A stretch of DNA of 32,000 nucleotides from Promethearchaeota archaeon (GCA_030606485.1 JAUWGH010000004.1:120001-152000); one strand, 5' to 3'. Positions 9,142 to 19,459 are shown, numbered from the stretch's first letter. Notes: generated from the letters alone by a model not told the origin. Translations and numbers: made by a program.

Positions 9142-10227
9142 TTATTGAAGTAAATTGAGTTTATATCGTTTCTTACAAAAACATTGGGGTGAATAATTTA
9201 ACTCATTTATATCTTGGGATAATGTGAAATTTTTAATGATTTCTAAATTTTGTTTATTACAGTCTGAATTAAGACAGTTATGAACCCCACGATTTGTTCC
9301 TGCTCCAGATGGATCACACAAGATTCGCGTTGTTTCAAAGTCTTTATCTTGTAAAGATTCTTTTAAACAAGTAATAATCGAATATATCCATGGAGGTCTA
9401 TATCTATTTTGAAACCAGAGATATTCCACAAGGGTTCCTTTTTGAATATTAACTGGATTTATTGAAATAGAATTAATTTTTATTTCTAACAGTTTTTTGA
9501 TTGATTTTTTACAATCATCTATTGCTGCTTGTTCTGAAAGAAAGGGTGGTTTAAATAAAAGGTAGGCTTTTACTCCAACCTTATATTCTCTGCACAGATT
9601 AAGAGCCTCTTGGAAATCATTGAATTTAAAACCTTTATTTATATAATTAATTCGAATATAATCATTTACGGTTTCTAAGCCAATACCAATTTCTACATAT
9701 TTATTTGGCAAAAATTTTTTTATTTCACCCAGATTTTCATGGCTTAGATATTCTGGTCGTGATTCTATTACAAATTCTTTAATATTTTTAGTTGAGGTAA
9801 TTTTTTTATATATATACTCCCTAGCTCTTTTAGGCATTTCGGTGTCGTCTAAAAAACTTCCTGAATTAAAGATTTTAACAATCCATGGTTCTGTATTACT
9901 TTGAATTTTATCTAAGGAATTTTTAAATGCAAAATCGAATTGATTTATAATATTTTGGGAATTAACATGGTCAATATTTGCATCTCTAATATATCCGCAC
10001 ATTGAACACCCCCCATTATCTCCTAAAGCCCATTCACATCCACGAGTTCTCAAAATAATAGTTAATTCATTTCCTACTTCATTTAATAATCGATCTGGTT
10101 TTGTCCAAAAAGCAACTGGTTTATTCAAATCATTATTAGGAGATCTAATTTTGACTTTTTTGATTGTATCTTGCCTAATTTTTCTTATTTTCTCTTGTAT
10201 TATGGGTTGTTTATTTATTTGATTCAT
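9142..10227 (-). CDS. Archaeosine biosynthesis radical SAM protein RaSEA
   Basis: IILRTRGCEWALGDNGGCSMCGY, KIFNSGSFLD, ESRPEY, EIGIGLET, YRPPWIYS; adjacent to arcS. Start moved to the ATG at 10227 to cut the overlap with arcS to 17 nt. Confidence 0.9.
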   Translation of the reverse strand: MNQINKQPIIQEKIRKIRQDTIKKVKIRSPNNDLNKPVAFWTKPDRLLNEVGNELTIILRTRGCEWALGDNGGCSMCGYIRDANIDHVNSQNIINQFDFAFKNSLDKIQSNTEPWIVKIFNSGSFLDDTEMPKRAREYIYKKITSTKNIKEFVIESRPEYLSHENLGEIKKFLPNKYVEIGIGLETVNDYIRINYINKGFKFNDFQEALNLCREYKVGVKAYLLFKPPFLSEQAAIDDCKKSIKKLLEIKINSISINPVNIQKGTLVEYLWFQNRYRPPWIYSIITCLKESLQDKDFETTRILCDPSGAGTNRGVHNCLNSDCNKQNLEIIKNFTLSQDINELNYSPQCFCKKRYKLNLLQ

Positions 10228-12301
10228 AGATATCAACAATTCTCCCTGTTTTTGAATTTTTAATAAAATCAGTTCCAACTAACATTGTGCCCATTCCAAT
10301 AACTTTATCCCTTGAATTATTTAATATGACAACTAAATCGTTAGGTTGTAAGTCAGAACCATATTCTAATATACCCGGTCGAAAAATGGTATTACCTTTT
10401 ATGAGATCTCCATTAAAAACAATAAAATTATTGATTTTTTCTAAAGGTAAAAGGTCCTCCACAGATTTAACTGTTAAGAAAATTTGACCTGTTGATTGCC
10501 GAAATTTTCCAATCAATTTGTTTGTATTCTTATCATAGACAAATTGAAGATCTTTATTTTTATGTCTGATGATTTTAACATTTTTTGTTATTATTTCCTT
10601 ACTAAAGTTTTTACCGAAATAATAATCAATTATTGCCGAAATTTTTCTAGTTTCTGAACTTGTTTTTTTACTTAAAATCGGTGTTTTTTCCTTTACATCG
10701 AATGTTCCGATAAATTTCCCAATCATTTTCTCCAAAGAAATTAAAGCTTTTTCGTTAGTTATACCCATTGAAGTATTAGTGTAATAAATATCGAATTGTA
10801 GATGCTTTTGAGCTCTCTCTATTATTGATCTATAATTTTCTTCTACATGAGCTATAATTGGAATAGCATTGGGATACTTAGATAACAAAGCAATTAAAAT
10901 ATCAGAGGTTATTTGTATTTCTTCCTCGCTCCATAAACCTGTTACTGAAATATCGTAAGAATTTGCGGGATATATATTTTCTAGTTGTCTTGGAATAACA
11001 CCCAATGGAGAAGTTAAAATAAATTCTTGGATTTTAGGAAATTTAGATTTAGCAGTATCTCTCAGAACTTTCAATAATTTTTTATGAGATTTAGAACTCG
11101 AGTATGGTTTTTTTGCAGAGCAAGGAAATAAAACAATTACTTTAGTAAATTTCTCTGGTATAAAATTACTTACAATTCTTCTTCTAAATTCATGAAAATC
11201 TGGGCGATAAAATGAGAGTTCACTAAGACAATTAACTTTTTTTAGTTTTTGATATAGAGGTGTGTATTGTCGAATAGTTTCAAAATATGCTTTATCTAAA
11301 ACTTTTAACATGGACGTTAAGTAGGAATCGTTTAAAGAAGATTTTTCTACTAATTCTCTGAAATCTTCAGTGGCCAAATATTGTTTAACTTTATTCATAT
11401 AAGATAATGCTGATAAGAGGTTATGTCTATATAAAAACACTAAATCCTCTTCATTTTTTTTTTGTTGTAGCATCTCTGGTGAGATAGATTGACAAAATTT
11501 ACAAGAACAAGGTAAAAATTTCATTTTATATAAAGGAATAAGCTTCTCATCAAGATTATAAAAATTATCACTTGATAGAATAAATAAATAGGTTGCATCA
11601 ATGACATCAAACCCTAAATAAACAAGCATTGGATAATACTTAGGTAAAATTTTGCCTGAAGCAATATATAGAAGATTGTTATCTAACTCCTTTCTAAATG
11701 CTACAATAACTTTTATTATATTCCGAAAATTCTTCAAATTATCAAAAAGATCTAAAAAATTGAGTGCTTTGATGTTTTTATGCTTTTTAATAAACTCAAC
11801 ATAGTAATCTAATAAAGAAATATTATCAAAAAACTTAATACTAAGACCAAAATTAAAGTTTTGATATTTTTTAAAGAGATTTTCACATTGTGATAAATAA
11901 TTTTGTAGTTCTGAAATTGCAAAATCAAGACTCATCGCAGTAGTGGGGACATTAAATGGAATGATGAGAAATACATTATTTATCTTCTCTTTTATGAAAT
12001 TATCTTCCAAATTGTCTTGAAAGGTCTCAAATGTCCCACTATTGGAAAAAAAGAATCCCTTATCCTTAAAAAATTGCTCATGGAAAAAATTAATTTCTTT
12101 TAATTCATCAAGATTTAAAATTTTAAAAAGATCATAATTTTTCAGAAAATCTAATAGTTCTTTATCATTAAATAATAAATCATTTAAAGGAACTATCAAT
12201 TTTGGAGTATGAATATATACTTTTCTTTCTTGAATTAGATTCATACGGGAGATTTTTCCAAATCCGCCCTTGAAATTTAAAATTTCGAAAAAACCTTTCA
12301 T
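10211..12301 (-). CDS. arcS: Archaeosine synthase subunit ArcS (degenerate TGT domain, DUF5591-type domain, C-terminal PUA)
   Basis: LFPCSAKKPYSSSKSHKK, ILTSPLGVIPRQLE..YPANSYDISVTG, and PUA-like TIFRPGILEYGSDLQPNDLVVI. Confidence 0.88.
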   Translation of the reverse strand: MKGFFEILNFKGGFGKISRMNLIQERKVYIHTPKLIVPLNDLLFNDKELLDFLKNYDLFKILNLDELKEINFFHEQFFKDKGFFFSNSGTFETFQDNLEDNFIKEKINNVFLIIPFNVPTTAMSLDFAISELQNYLSQCENLFKKYQNFNFGLSIKFFDNISLLDYYVEFIKKHKNIKALNFLDLFDNLKNFRNIIKVIVAFRKELDNNLLYIASGKILPKYYPMLVYLGFDVIDATYLFILSSDNFYNLDEKLIPLYKMKFLPCSCKFCQSISPEMLQQKKNEEDLVFLYRHNLLSALSYMNKVKQYLATEDFRELVEKSSLNDSYLTSMLKVLDKAYFETIRQYTPLYQKLKKVNCLSELSFYRPDFHEFRRRIVSNFIPEKFTKVIVLFPCSAKKPYSSSKSHKKLLKVLRDTAKSKFPKIQEFILTSPLGVIPRQLENIYPANSYDISVTGLWSEEEIQITSDILIALLSKYPNAIPIIAHVEENYRSIIERAQKHLQFDIYYTNTSMGITNEKALISLEKMIGKFIGTFDVKEKTPILSKKTSSETRKISAIIDYYFGKNFSKEIITKNVKIIRHKNKDLQFVYDKNTNKLIGKFRQSTGQIFLTVKSVEDLLPLEKINNFIVFNGDLIKGNTIFRPGILEYGSDLQPNDLVVILNNSRDKVIGMGTMLVGTDFIKNSKTGRIVDIYESNK

Positions 12302-12375
12302 CTTACTAAAGAATGATGTAAGGAAAAAAAAATAAATTTTATGATTTAAATTTATTTTGAATTAATAGATAGTTT

Positions 12376-14274
12376 TTAGAGTTGGATTTCCACCATAACT
12401 GCAGGGTGATCTGAGGCAGTTCCTCCAAAATATCGACATGAGGATACAGTTATTCCGGGAGATACGAACATATGGTCTATTCTCTCTGCTGGTAATCGAG
12501 GGATCCAGGATGTTGGGAGAGTTCCCAGAATTGAATTATCTGCAACTTCCCAGCAGTCATTTAAAACAGCAGTAGTAATATTGTATTGTTCGGTATTCAG
12601 AATAAAATTAAAATCACCCATTAATATCACATTACTTTTTCCTTCTATCCTACTTAGAATATTTTCTTGCTGAATTATTTGAGCTCGACTAACTGAAGTA
12701 TTAACATAATCTCCAAGATGGGTTATAAATATATTATATGTAGTTGTTCCGACTGTTATTTCTGCTTGTATTGTCGCAGTTTGCTCGCATCCTTCGCTAT
12801 ACATATAAAATGTCATAGCATTTTTGATCGGATATTTCGAGAGCAATGCCAATCCAAAAGTTCCTGTAACAGTTTTCGGTCCAAAATATGAATACATTTT
12901 TAATTTACTATTCATGAATCTTACTATATCCGTGTTTCCACTTGAAATCCTGCATGTATCTGATTCTTGCAGTCCAATAATATCGGGATCTGCTTGTATA
13001 ATTACATTAAATTGGCTATCAAAGTCTTTATTGGCTTGCTCATTAATTCCTTGCTGGATATTATAAGATAAGACTTTTATGGAATTTCCTGGCGTTGCTT
13101 GTTCAATTGAATATGGTTCAGTTATGATTGCGCTAAAAATTGTTCCTATACTAATAATTCCTAATATTACTATAATAATTATTTTGGGCTTCATACCATT
13201 TATAGCTTTTTTGAAAATCAACGAGGATTTCTTTATGAGAAGGACCGGTAAAAAAATAATAATTCCAACTATTAGAAACACAAACCAAATCATATCTCTA
13301 AAAAATGGACCAACTAAGGGGATGTAATCCGACACTATTGTAAATACAGCCGATAAGACCATTATTATGAAAAATCCTGAAGCTATAGTAAAACTTCCAC
13401 CTATTTTCCATGTAGAAGGTCTGCTTTTTATTAACTCTCTTGATAAGAGCGTGAAATCAATTAAAATTATGGGTGATAGAATTAACATTAGGATTACTGG
13501 TATTTGCTGTATTATATTGGTTGGAGGAACAACAACTGGATAGGCGCCTTCAACAGGAGGGAAAGATATTTGGTGGCAATATATTGTTAATACCAGGGTT
13601 AGTACGAATAAACCGTTCCAAAGTAAAATAATCCAAAGTTTAATTTTTACAAAAAACTCTGGTTTAAATATTGTAAATATAGTAAATAGAGCAATCATAA
13701 TTATTAGTATAACTAAAATTGCAACATAATCAAATTCTGTCCATCTGGTAATTATTGTAGGACTAGAGAATGAAAAATAAATCAATACAAAAATGCTAAT
13801 TAACCCAAGAGTCAAGCCTAAAACTTTCCATATACTAGCAGGTTTTTCATTTATTGTTATCTCTTCAATTTTTATATTTCGTCCTATATTTAGCTGATTA
13901 ATTATCATAATTGCAGCTATTACAGCCAGAATCCAACCTATACACTGAAACCAACTATAAGTAGAAAGATCAAGTCCAGTACCTAGAGTTCTAAATAAAA
14001 TTGAAAACACAATAGCAAAACCGAGTCCCAGTCCTAATGTCTTGCTATCTTGCTCCTGATTACGCAAATCTTTTTTCTGAAGAAATACTGGAAAAAAAAT
14101 CAGGAAACACCCAACACCAAGTCCTGAGATGATCATTTTAAATTGAACTTCAAGCATTACTTCTACAACTCTGCAGAAAATCATAATTTCTCCAATTATT
14201 ACCATCAATTTGTCCGGGAAGCCTTTTCTAAAAAGAAAGAGAATGGCTGGTGATAAAAAAAACAGGAGTGCCAA
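12376..14274 (-). CDS. Multi-TM membrane protein with C-terminal endonuclease/exonuclease/phosphatase (EEP) domain, CWH43/PGAP2IP-like; 5' end appears frameshifted
   Basis: Many TM helices followed by SYNIQQG, DIIGLQES, THLG, LMGDFN, RIDHMF and SDHPAV; frame stays open to 14349, and a probable N-terminus lies in another frame from the ATG at 14401. Confidence 0.8.
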   Translation of the reverse strand: MALLFFLSPAILFLFRKGFPDKLMVIIGEIMIFCRVVEVMLEVQFKMIISGLGVGCFLIFFPVFLQKKDLRNQEQDSKTLGLGLGFAIVFSILFRTLGTGLDLSTYSWFQCIGWILAVIAAIMIINQLNIGRNIKIEEITINEKPASIWKVLGLTLGLISIFVLIYFSFSSPTIITRWTEFDYVAILVILIIMIALFTIFTIFKPEFFVKIKLWIILLWNGLFVLTLVLTIYCHQISFPPVEGAYPVVVPPTNIIQQIPVILMLILSPIILIDFTLLSRELIKSRPSTWKIGGSFTIASGFFIIMVLSAVFTIVSDYIPLVGPFFRDMIWFVFLIVGIIIFLPVLLIKKSSLIFKKAINGMKPKIIIIVILGIISIGTIFSAIITEPYSIEQATPGNSIKVLSYNIQQGINEQANKDFDSQFNVIIQADPDIIGLQESDTCRISSGNTDIVRFMNSKLKMYSYFGPKTVTGTFGLALLSKYPIKNAMTFYMYSEGCEQTATIQAEITVGTTTYNIFITHLGDYVNTSVSRAQIIQQENILSRIEGKSNVILMGDFNFILNTEQYNITTAVLNDCWEVADNSILGTLPTSWIPRLPAERIDHMFVSPGITVSSCRYFGGTASDHPAVMVEIQL

Positions 14275-14437
14275 GACATTTTCATTTAATTCGACTTCGA
14301 TTAAATTTAGAGCATATATTGCCTCAAGGAAATCTGAACATAATTGAAACTAGCACTAATTCTGAATAGATATGGTTAAAAAATTTTTTGTTGGAAGACA
14401 TGAATACTTAAATGATAATGAAGTTTAAAAAGATTTA

Positions 14438-15394
14438 TCAAATTACAAAATTTTGATAACTTTTGTGCTCATCCAATATAAAGGTTGTAAAAGTATCTTC
14501 AATTTCTTCAGAGTCATAAAGTCCTTTCATGAATTTACCAAAATTCTCAATTTCTTTAACTCTAATTACAGCAAATAATCCATATTGTTCTCCAATCCTA
14601 AATAAGTCAGTTATTTCTTCTTTTTTCTCTAATTTCAATGCGATTTTATTATATTTTGAAGAATCTTTTGGTTTAATTCGTACGATAAATTTCCCATTAT
14701 ATCCTATTTTTTTGGGGTTAAAATTAATCGCATAATTAAGAATTATGCCGTGATCTTCAAGTTTTTTTATTCTATGATATATAGTTGATTGAGAAATATC
14801 TCTTTTGTAATTATTTTTTAATATTTTCGTTATATCATAAGTAGAAATTAATTTTAAGCCTTGATCTTGCTGAAGTATTTTCAGGATTAAATAATCATTT
14901 TCATCTACTTTATAACTTTGATTTAAATTGACTTCAGACAATTTAATTCCATTTGTTTTGAATACTTTTATAGTATCTACGATTTGATATTTCTTAAACC
15001 TTGAATAAGCAAGCACTTTATCTAGTAAATTTAACACCTTGTTAAATTCATCAGTATTTTTAAAAATAAAAAGTCCAATTAGTGAAAATTCTCCTAAAAT
15101 GCCGTCTAACATTTTTAATTGGGGGATTTTTAATAGTTCCTCCAAAATTTGTGGTTCATTTGGATTTGTCTTGATCTCTACGATAACATATTTTAAGTTT
15201 GGTTGTATATGGGGATTAATATTGATTGTAAAATTATTAATTATATTATTTAACTTTAAATTATTGAAGTTATTTATAATTGTTTTTCTAGCTAGTTTTA
15301 AATCTTTGGAAATCTTTGATATTATTGGTTTTGTCTTAGAATTTAACTTTCTTAATAAATTTATATGTTTATTTTGAATCTTGATATTTTCCAT
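14438..15394 (-). CDS. Lrp/AsnC family regulator with two tandem wHTH-AsnC units
   Basis: Second unit DENDYLILKILQQD...ISQSTIYHRIKKLEDHGIILNYAINFNPKKIGY; degenerate first unit at the N-terminus. Confidence 0.82.
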   Translation of the reverse strand: MENIKIQNKHINLLRKLNSKTKPIISKISKDLKLARKTIINNFNNLKLNNIINNFTININPHIQPNLKYVIVEIKTNPNEPQILEELLKIPQLKMLDGILGEFSLIGLFIFKNTDEFNKVLNLLDKVLAYSRFKKYQIVDTIKVFKTNGIKLSEVNLNQSYKVDENDYLILKILQQDQGLKLISTYDITKILKNNYKRDISQSTIYHRIKKLEDHGIILNYAINFNPKKIGYNGKFIVRIKPKDSSKYNKIALKLEKKEEITDLFRIGEQYGLFAVIRVKEIENFGKFMKGLYDSEEIEDTFTTFILDEHKSYQNFVI

Positions 15395-15524
15395 ACTAAT
15401 TCAATTAATTAATTGTGTAGATATATCTCCTATTATGTATGATTTTTCTAAAATCATATTTAAATATTATCATTAAATTATTAGACTAATAAAAAAAATT
15501 TCAAAATAATAAAGTGATTAAATT

Positions 15525-16787
15525 ATGGTAAAATATAAAGTTGCAGACGAGAGTTTAGCGGAAAAAGGGAAAGAAGCATTATATATTGCCGAACGGAAAA
15601 TGCCAGTAGTAGCTAAAGTAATAAGAGAACGTTTCGAAAAAGAAAAACCGCTTAAGGGAGTTACAATTGCTGGATGCCTTCATATAACGAAGGAGACGGG
15701 AATTTTAGCTCGAACTTTAATGGCTGGAGGGGCAGAAGTAGCGTTATGTGGATCAAACCCACTATCTACACAAGATGATGTTGCTGCAGCCTTAGCAGAA
15801 GAGGGAGTTAATGTTTTCGCATGGCATGGAAATACTAATGAAGAATTCTATTGGTGTATAAGGCAATGTCTAGATTTAAAACCAAATATTCTTATTGACG
15901 ATGGAGCGGATCTTATCGTAACCGCACACCAAGAATATCCCAATTTACTTGAATTAGGAACTTTCTGGGGATGTCAAGAAGAAACTACAACCGGAGTAAA
16001 GCGATTTAAAGCTATGGAAAAACATGGAGCATTAAAGGTTCCACTTTTTCCTGTAAATGATGCAAGATGCAAGAATCAGTTTGATAATGAACTGGGAACT
16101 GGTCAAGGTATTATTTCAGCAATCTATGGAATGCATATCTTAATGGCAGGAAAAAATTGTGTAATTGCAGGATTTGGTCATTGCAGCTCTGGAATGGCAC
16201 TTAGAGCAAGTGGATTGGGAGCTAATGTAACTGTTACAGAAGTAGACCCAATTAAAGCATTAAAAGCAAAATATACTGGCTATAATGTTATGCCTATAGA
16301 TGAGGCAGTAAAAAATGCGGATGTTATTTTCACTGCTACTGGATGTAAAAATGTCATTGATGAGAGACATTTTAAAGATTTTAAAGATGGTTTAATCTTG
16401 GGGAATTTGGGTCATTTTGATGTCGAAATAAATGTAGCGAAGTTGAGAGAATTTGCAAAAAGTGTAAAACCTATTCGACAAGACGTAGAGGAGTTTACTT
16501 TACCAAATGGAAATCGTGTTTACCTTTTAGCTCAAGGGAGACTTGCCAACTTGGTTATCTCAGAAGGACATCCAAGTGAAGTTATGGATATGAGTTTTGC
16601 ATTACAAGCATTAGTTTCAGAGTATATAGTGAAAAATAAGCAAGATTTAAAGCCTGGAATGATAACGAGCCCAGAGGATATTGTTGATCAAATTGGTTAT
16701 CTTAAATTGCAATCTATGGGAATTAAAATTGATAAATTAACTGAAGAACAATATAACTATATCCATGGCTATGCCGAGGGAACTTAA
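15525..16787 (+). CDS. ahcY: Adenosylhomocysteinase (SAH hydrolase, short archaeal type)
   Basis: GCLHITKET, SNPLSTQDDVAAAL, IDDGADL, EETTTG, PVNDA.CK..FDN, GHFDVEI, GRLANL...GHPSEVMDMSFALQ. Confidence 0.95.
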   Translation: MVKYKVADESLAEKGKEALYIAERKMPVVAKVIRERFEKEKPLKGVTIAGCLHITKETGILARTLMAGGAEVALCGSNPLSTQDDVAAALAEEGVNVFAWHGNTNEEFYWCIRQCLDLKPNILIDDGADLIVTAHQEYPNLLELGTFWGCQEETTTGVKRFKAMEKHGALKVPLFPVNDARCKNQFDNELGTGQGIISAIYGMHILMAGKNCVIAGFGHCSSGMALRASGLGANVTVTEVDPIKALKAKYTGYNVMPIDEAVKNADVIFTATGCKNVIDERHFKDFKDGLILGNLGHFDVEINVAKLREFAKSVKPIRQDVEEFTLPNGNRVYLLAQGRLANLVISEGHPSEVMDMSFALQALVSEYIVKNKQDLKPGMITSPEDIVDQIGYLKLQSMGIKIDKLTEEQYNYIHGYAEGT

Positions 16788-17107
16788 TTTTTTTTCATTT
16801 TTTTATTTTTTTTAATTATTTTAAAAAAAAACCGCAACCAAAAACTAGAACACAACATACACTTATCCATAGACTTAATTCGATATAGTCAAGAAAATCT
16901 AATTTTACATCATATTGACTTATTACTTCAAGAAACAACAATTAGCCCACACTTCAAATTTGATTCTTTATTATAAGTTAAGATCTATCAAAGATCCTTA
17001 TAACAATTTCTTATTTTTAATTTTATTTCTATACGGCACTTAAACGAGTTAAAGAAGAAAATAATAAAATAAGAATTCCAGTAATTAAGTTTGAAGATTT
17101 CATTATT

Positions 17108-17647
17108 TCATTCCTTTTCTTTCATTTCTAACCGTGGTAACCTATCTTTAATTGCTTCCAGCTCGCCCTTTAATTCCTTTTCTCTTATTTCTAACCCTGC
17201 TAACCTTTTTAACCCTTTCCTTTCTAATCTTGTTAAAATTTTTAACCTTTCTTTAATTGCTTCCATCTCGCCCTTTAATTCTTTGTGGCGTTCCTCGTCT
17301 CTTGCTTTTCCATCGTCTTTGGATATTTTATCGAGCGGTCGTGCTATTAGTGAATTAATTTTTTCCCATATGGAAGATCGTATGAATTCTGACTGAGATT
17401 TGCGGTCTAAGCGGGCGTATTTCTTGATTTCGGCTAATTCTTTCTCTGTTGCTAAAAATTTTACTTGCTTACCCCTGATCGCTTTTTCAACTTCTTCCAA
17501 TTCTTTTTTACGACGCTCCCTTTCTGCTTCTCGCTCTTTCATTTCTTCTTCGCTAGGCTCTTCGAGAAATTCACCCTTATTATGAATTCCCAATTTATCT
17601 TTTAAATCACCCATAACTGCTTTCCGAAGCAACTTTTTTTTTGCCAT
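17108..17647 (-). CDS. Ribbon-helix-helix (CopG-like) protein flanked by charged coiled coils
   Basis: QVKFLATEKELAEIKKYARLDRKSQSEFIRSSIWEKI fits the RHH strand-helix-helix layout; E/K/R-rich helices on both sides. Confidence 0.6.
   Translation of the reverse strand: MAKKKLLRKAVMGDLKDKLGIHNKGEFLEEPSEEEMKEREAERERRKKELEEVEKAIRGKQVKFLATEKELAEIKKYARLDRKSQSEFIRSSIWEKINSLIARPLDKISKDDGKARDEERHKELKGEMEAIKERLKILTRLERKGLKRLAGLEIREKELKGELEAIKDRLPRLEMKEKE
17146..17281. repeat. Intragenic direct repeat, 31 nt x 2, period 105 nt (35 aa)
   Basis: CTTTAATTGCTTCCA[G/T]CTCGCCCTTTAATTC at 17146-17176 and 17251-17281, one mismatch; encodes ELKGE(M/L)EAIK. Confidence 0.9.
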
Positions 17648-17720
17648 TTATTCCATCATCTCCTTTTAGTTATTTTTTTGATTTTCGATTCTTAATAATA
17701 TAATAGAAAAACTAGTATAT

Positions 17721-17743
17721 ATATGTACCAGATAAGTACATAT
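17721..17743. promoter_or_regulatory. 8-bp inverted repeat with 7-nt spacer in a divergent promoter region
   Basis: ATATGTAC-CAGATAA-GTACATAT between the RHH gene (start 17647, minus) and the MFS pseudogene (start 17799, plus). Confidence 0.35.
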
Positions 17744-17798
17744 CAGATCAAAATACCCAAAACTATGATTTTAAATAGTTTGCAAACTGAAAATATTT

Positions 17799-19242
17799 AT
17801 GATTGAACCAGTTATTGACGATTTTTCGGAACAACCACTAACTAAAAAAGTAAAACTGGTACAGGGGGTTCAAGCGCTTCAATATATTTATTAATGTCGC
17901 TCTCGATGAATCCAATAACATTTTACTATAATATTAATCTTGGATTAGATACTGGACTTATCACGTTTGTGTGGCTAATTTTTACGGTCTGGAACGCCTT
18001 AAACGACCCATTATTCGCAGTTTTCCAAGAGAGGTTTATTTCAAAAAAATATGGTCGAAGAATTCCGTATATTTGATTTGGGGCTCCTTTATTAGCGCTT
18101 ACTTTTATCCTGCTCTGGATGCCGTTTTTACTTATAGATACTAACAATGAAATTGCTTTATTTGTCTATTTATTGGTTATTCTACTCGCATTTGATACCG
18201 TTTACACCTTCATGAGTTCTGCAAATTTCGTGTTGGGGTACGAAATCGCTTTTACTAAAAAAGAGAGGGCTAACTTATCCATTTACGCTAATCTCTTTAA
18301 CGCTATTGCCACGGGTATAGTAATGGCTGCGACTTTAATCTTTCTCTATGGTCAAGATGGGGGAACCAATCCTATGTTGTATCCTGCTTTATTCATACTA
18401 AGCATGATAACAACGACAGTAATAATCACGGCAAGTTTCATTGTAAAAGAAAAACCCTACCTTAAATTTGAAGAGCCATTAGGGCTTAAAGAAGGTATTA
18501 TGTTGTGTTTTAAAAATAAACCATGGCTCATCGCATCGTTCGTAACTTTCTTTACAACGATAACTAATACAATTTTGCTAACCGGACTTCTCTATTACAT
18601 CACCATTATTCTAACACCACCAATACCACTAGTCATTGTTGCTCTCTTAGGGATTTTTGCATCTTTTATTGTGTTTATTGGTTTGCTTAATAAGATGCTG
18701 GAAAAGTACGGCCTCAAATATACTTTTATGATATGTATTACAATTGGGATTATTGGATTTTTTTCAATATTTTTTATTGGGTGGAACATATTTCCTGGTT
18801 GGAACATTTATTTTGCTTTTATCCCACTAATCCTTGTGGCAGTTGGATACGGATCACTTTCTATTATCAATCCGACAGTGACCGGTGAATGTATCGATTA
18901 TGACGAAAAAGAAACGGGAAAACGGCGCGAAGTTACTTATGGAGGCATTGGTGCTCTGATTACTAAGCCCGCAATTTCTATTGCTAATGCGCTCTTCTTA
19001 TTTATGATTGAATTCTTTGTTTTGATCCAGATGCAGGAGGGGGACAATCTTTTAACGCAGAACTGGGACTAATGATTTCTTTTGCGTTAATACCTGTTAT
19101 ATCTTTAGTAATTGCAGCCGTTTTAATGTATTTCTGGCCACTTCATGGACCTGAATGGGATAAAACTAAGGAGGAGTTAAAACAAATTCATTTAGAGAAA
19201 GAAAAGGCGTTCCTTCAAGAATTGAAAAAGAAGGAATTATAA
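17799..19242 (+). pseudogene. GPH/MelB-type MFS transporter disrupted by two -1 frameshifts and one in-frame TGA
   Basis: ATG at 17799; frame change at the G5 run 17864-17868; TGA at 18074-18076 within GRRIPYI*FGAP; frame change near 19019 continues FDPDAGGGQSFNAELGLMISFALIP...ELKKKEL to TAA at 19242. Motifs WNALNDP and ECIDYDEKETGKRRE are present. Confidence 0.85.
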
Positions 19243-19459
19243 TTAAAAAATTTTATTATATAATATGGGTTTTAAAGACTTAAAACTACTAAAGGAAAAG
19301 GAAAATTTTTTTATTTTTTTTAATTATTCTAAGGTTATAATTTTAATAATTTGAAGACTCTCCGTGGATTTTAGAAATAATTGAGCGAATTAGATGTCTC
19401 TTCAAATGATCTACAAATCAGATTTATAATTCCCGGTAATAAGGAAAAAAAGTTAGAAA

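Noticed and set aside
10211-10278. 68-nt overlap between arcS and RaSEA as an unusual overlapping-gene arrangement
   Set aside because: Using the ATG at 10227 reduces it to an ordinary 17-nt operon overlap.
17146-17281. 31-nt direct repeat as a CRISPR remnant or attachment site
   Set aside because: Only two copies, 105 nt apart, in frame within a coding region; no cas genes, leader or integrase.
18074-18076. In-frame TGA in the MFS gene as selenocysteine or programmed readthrough
   Set aside because: The context suggests Arg (CGA/AGA to TGA), not Cys; no SECIS-like element was recognised; the gene also has two frameshifts.
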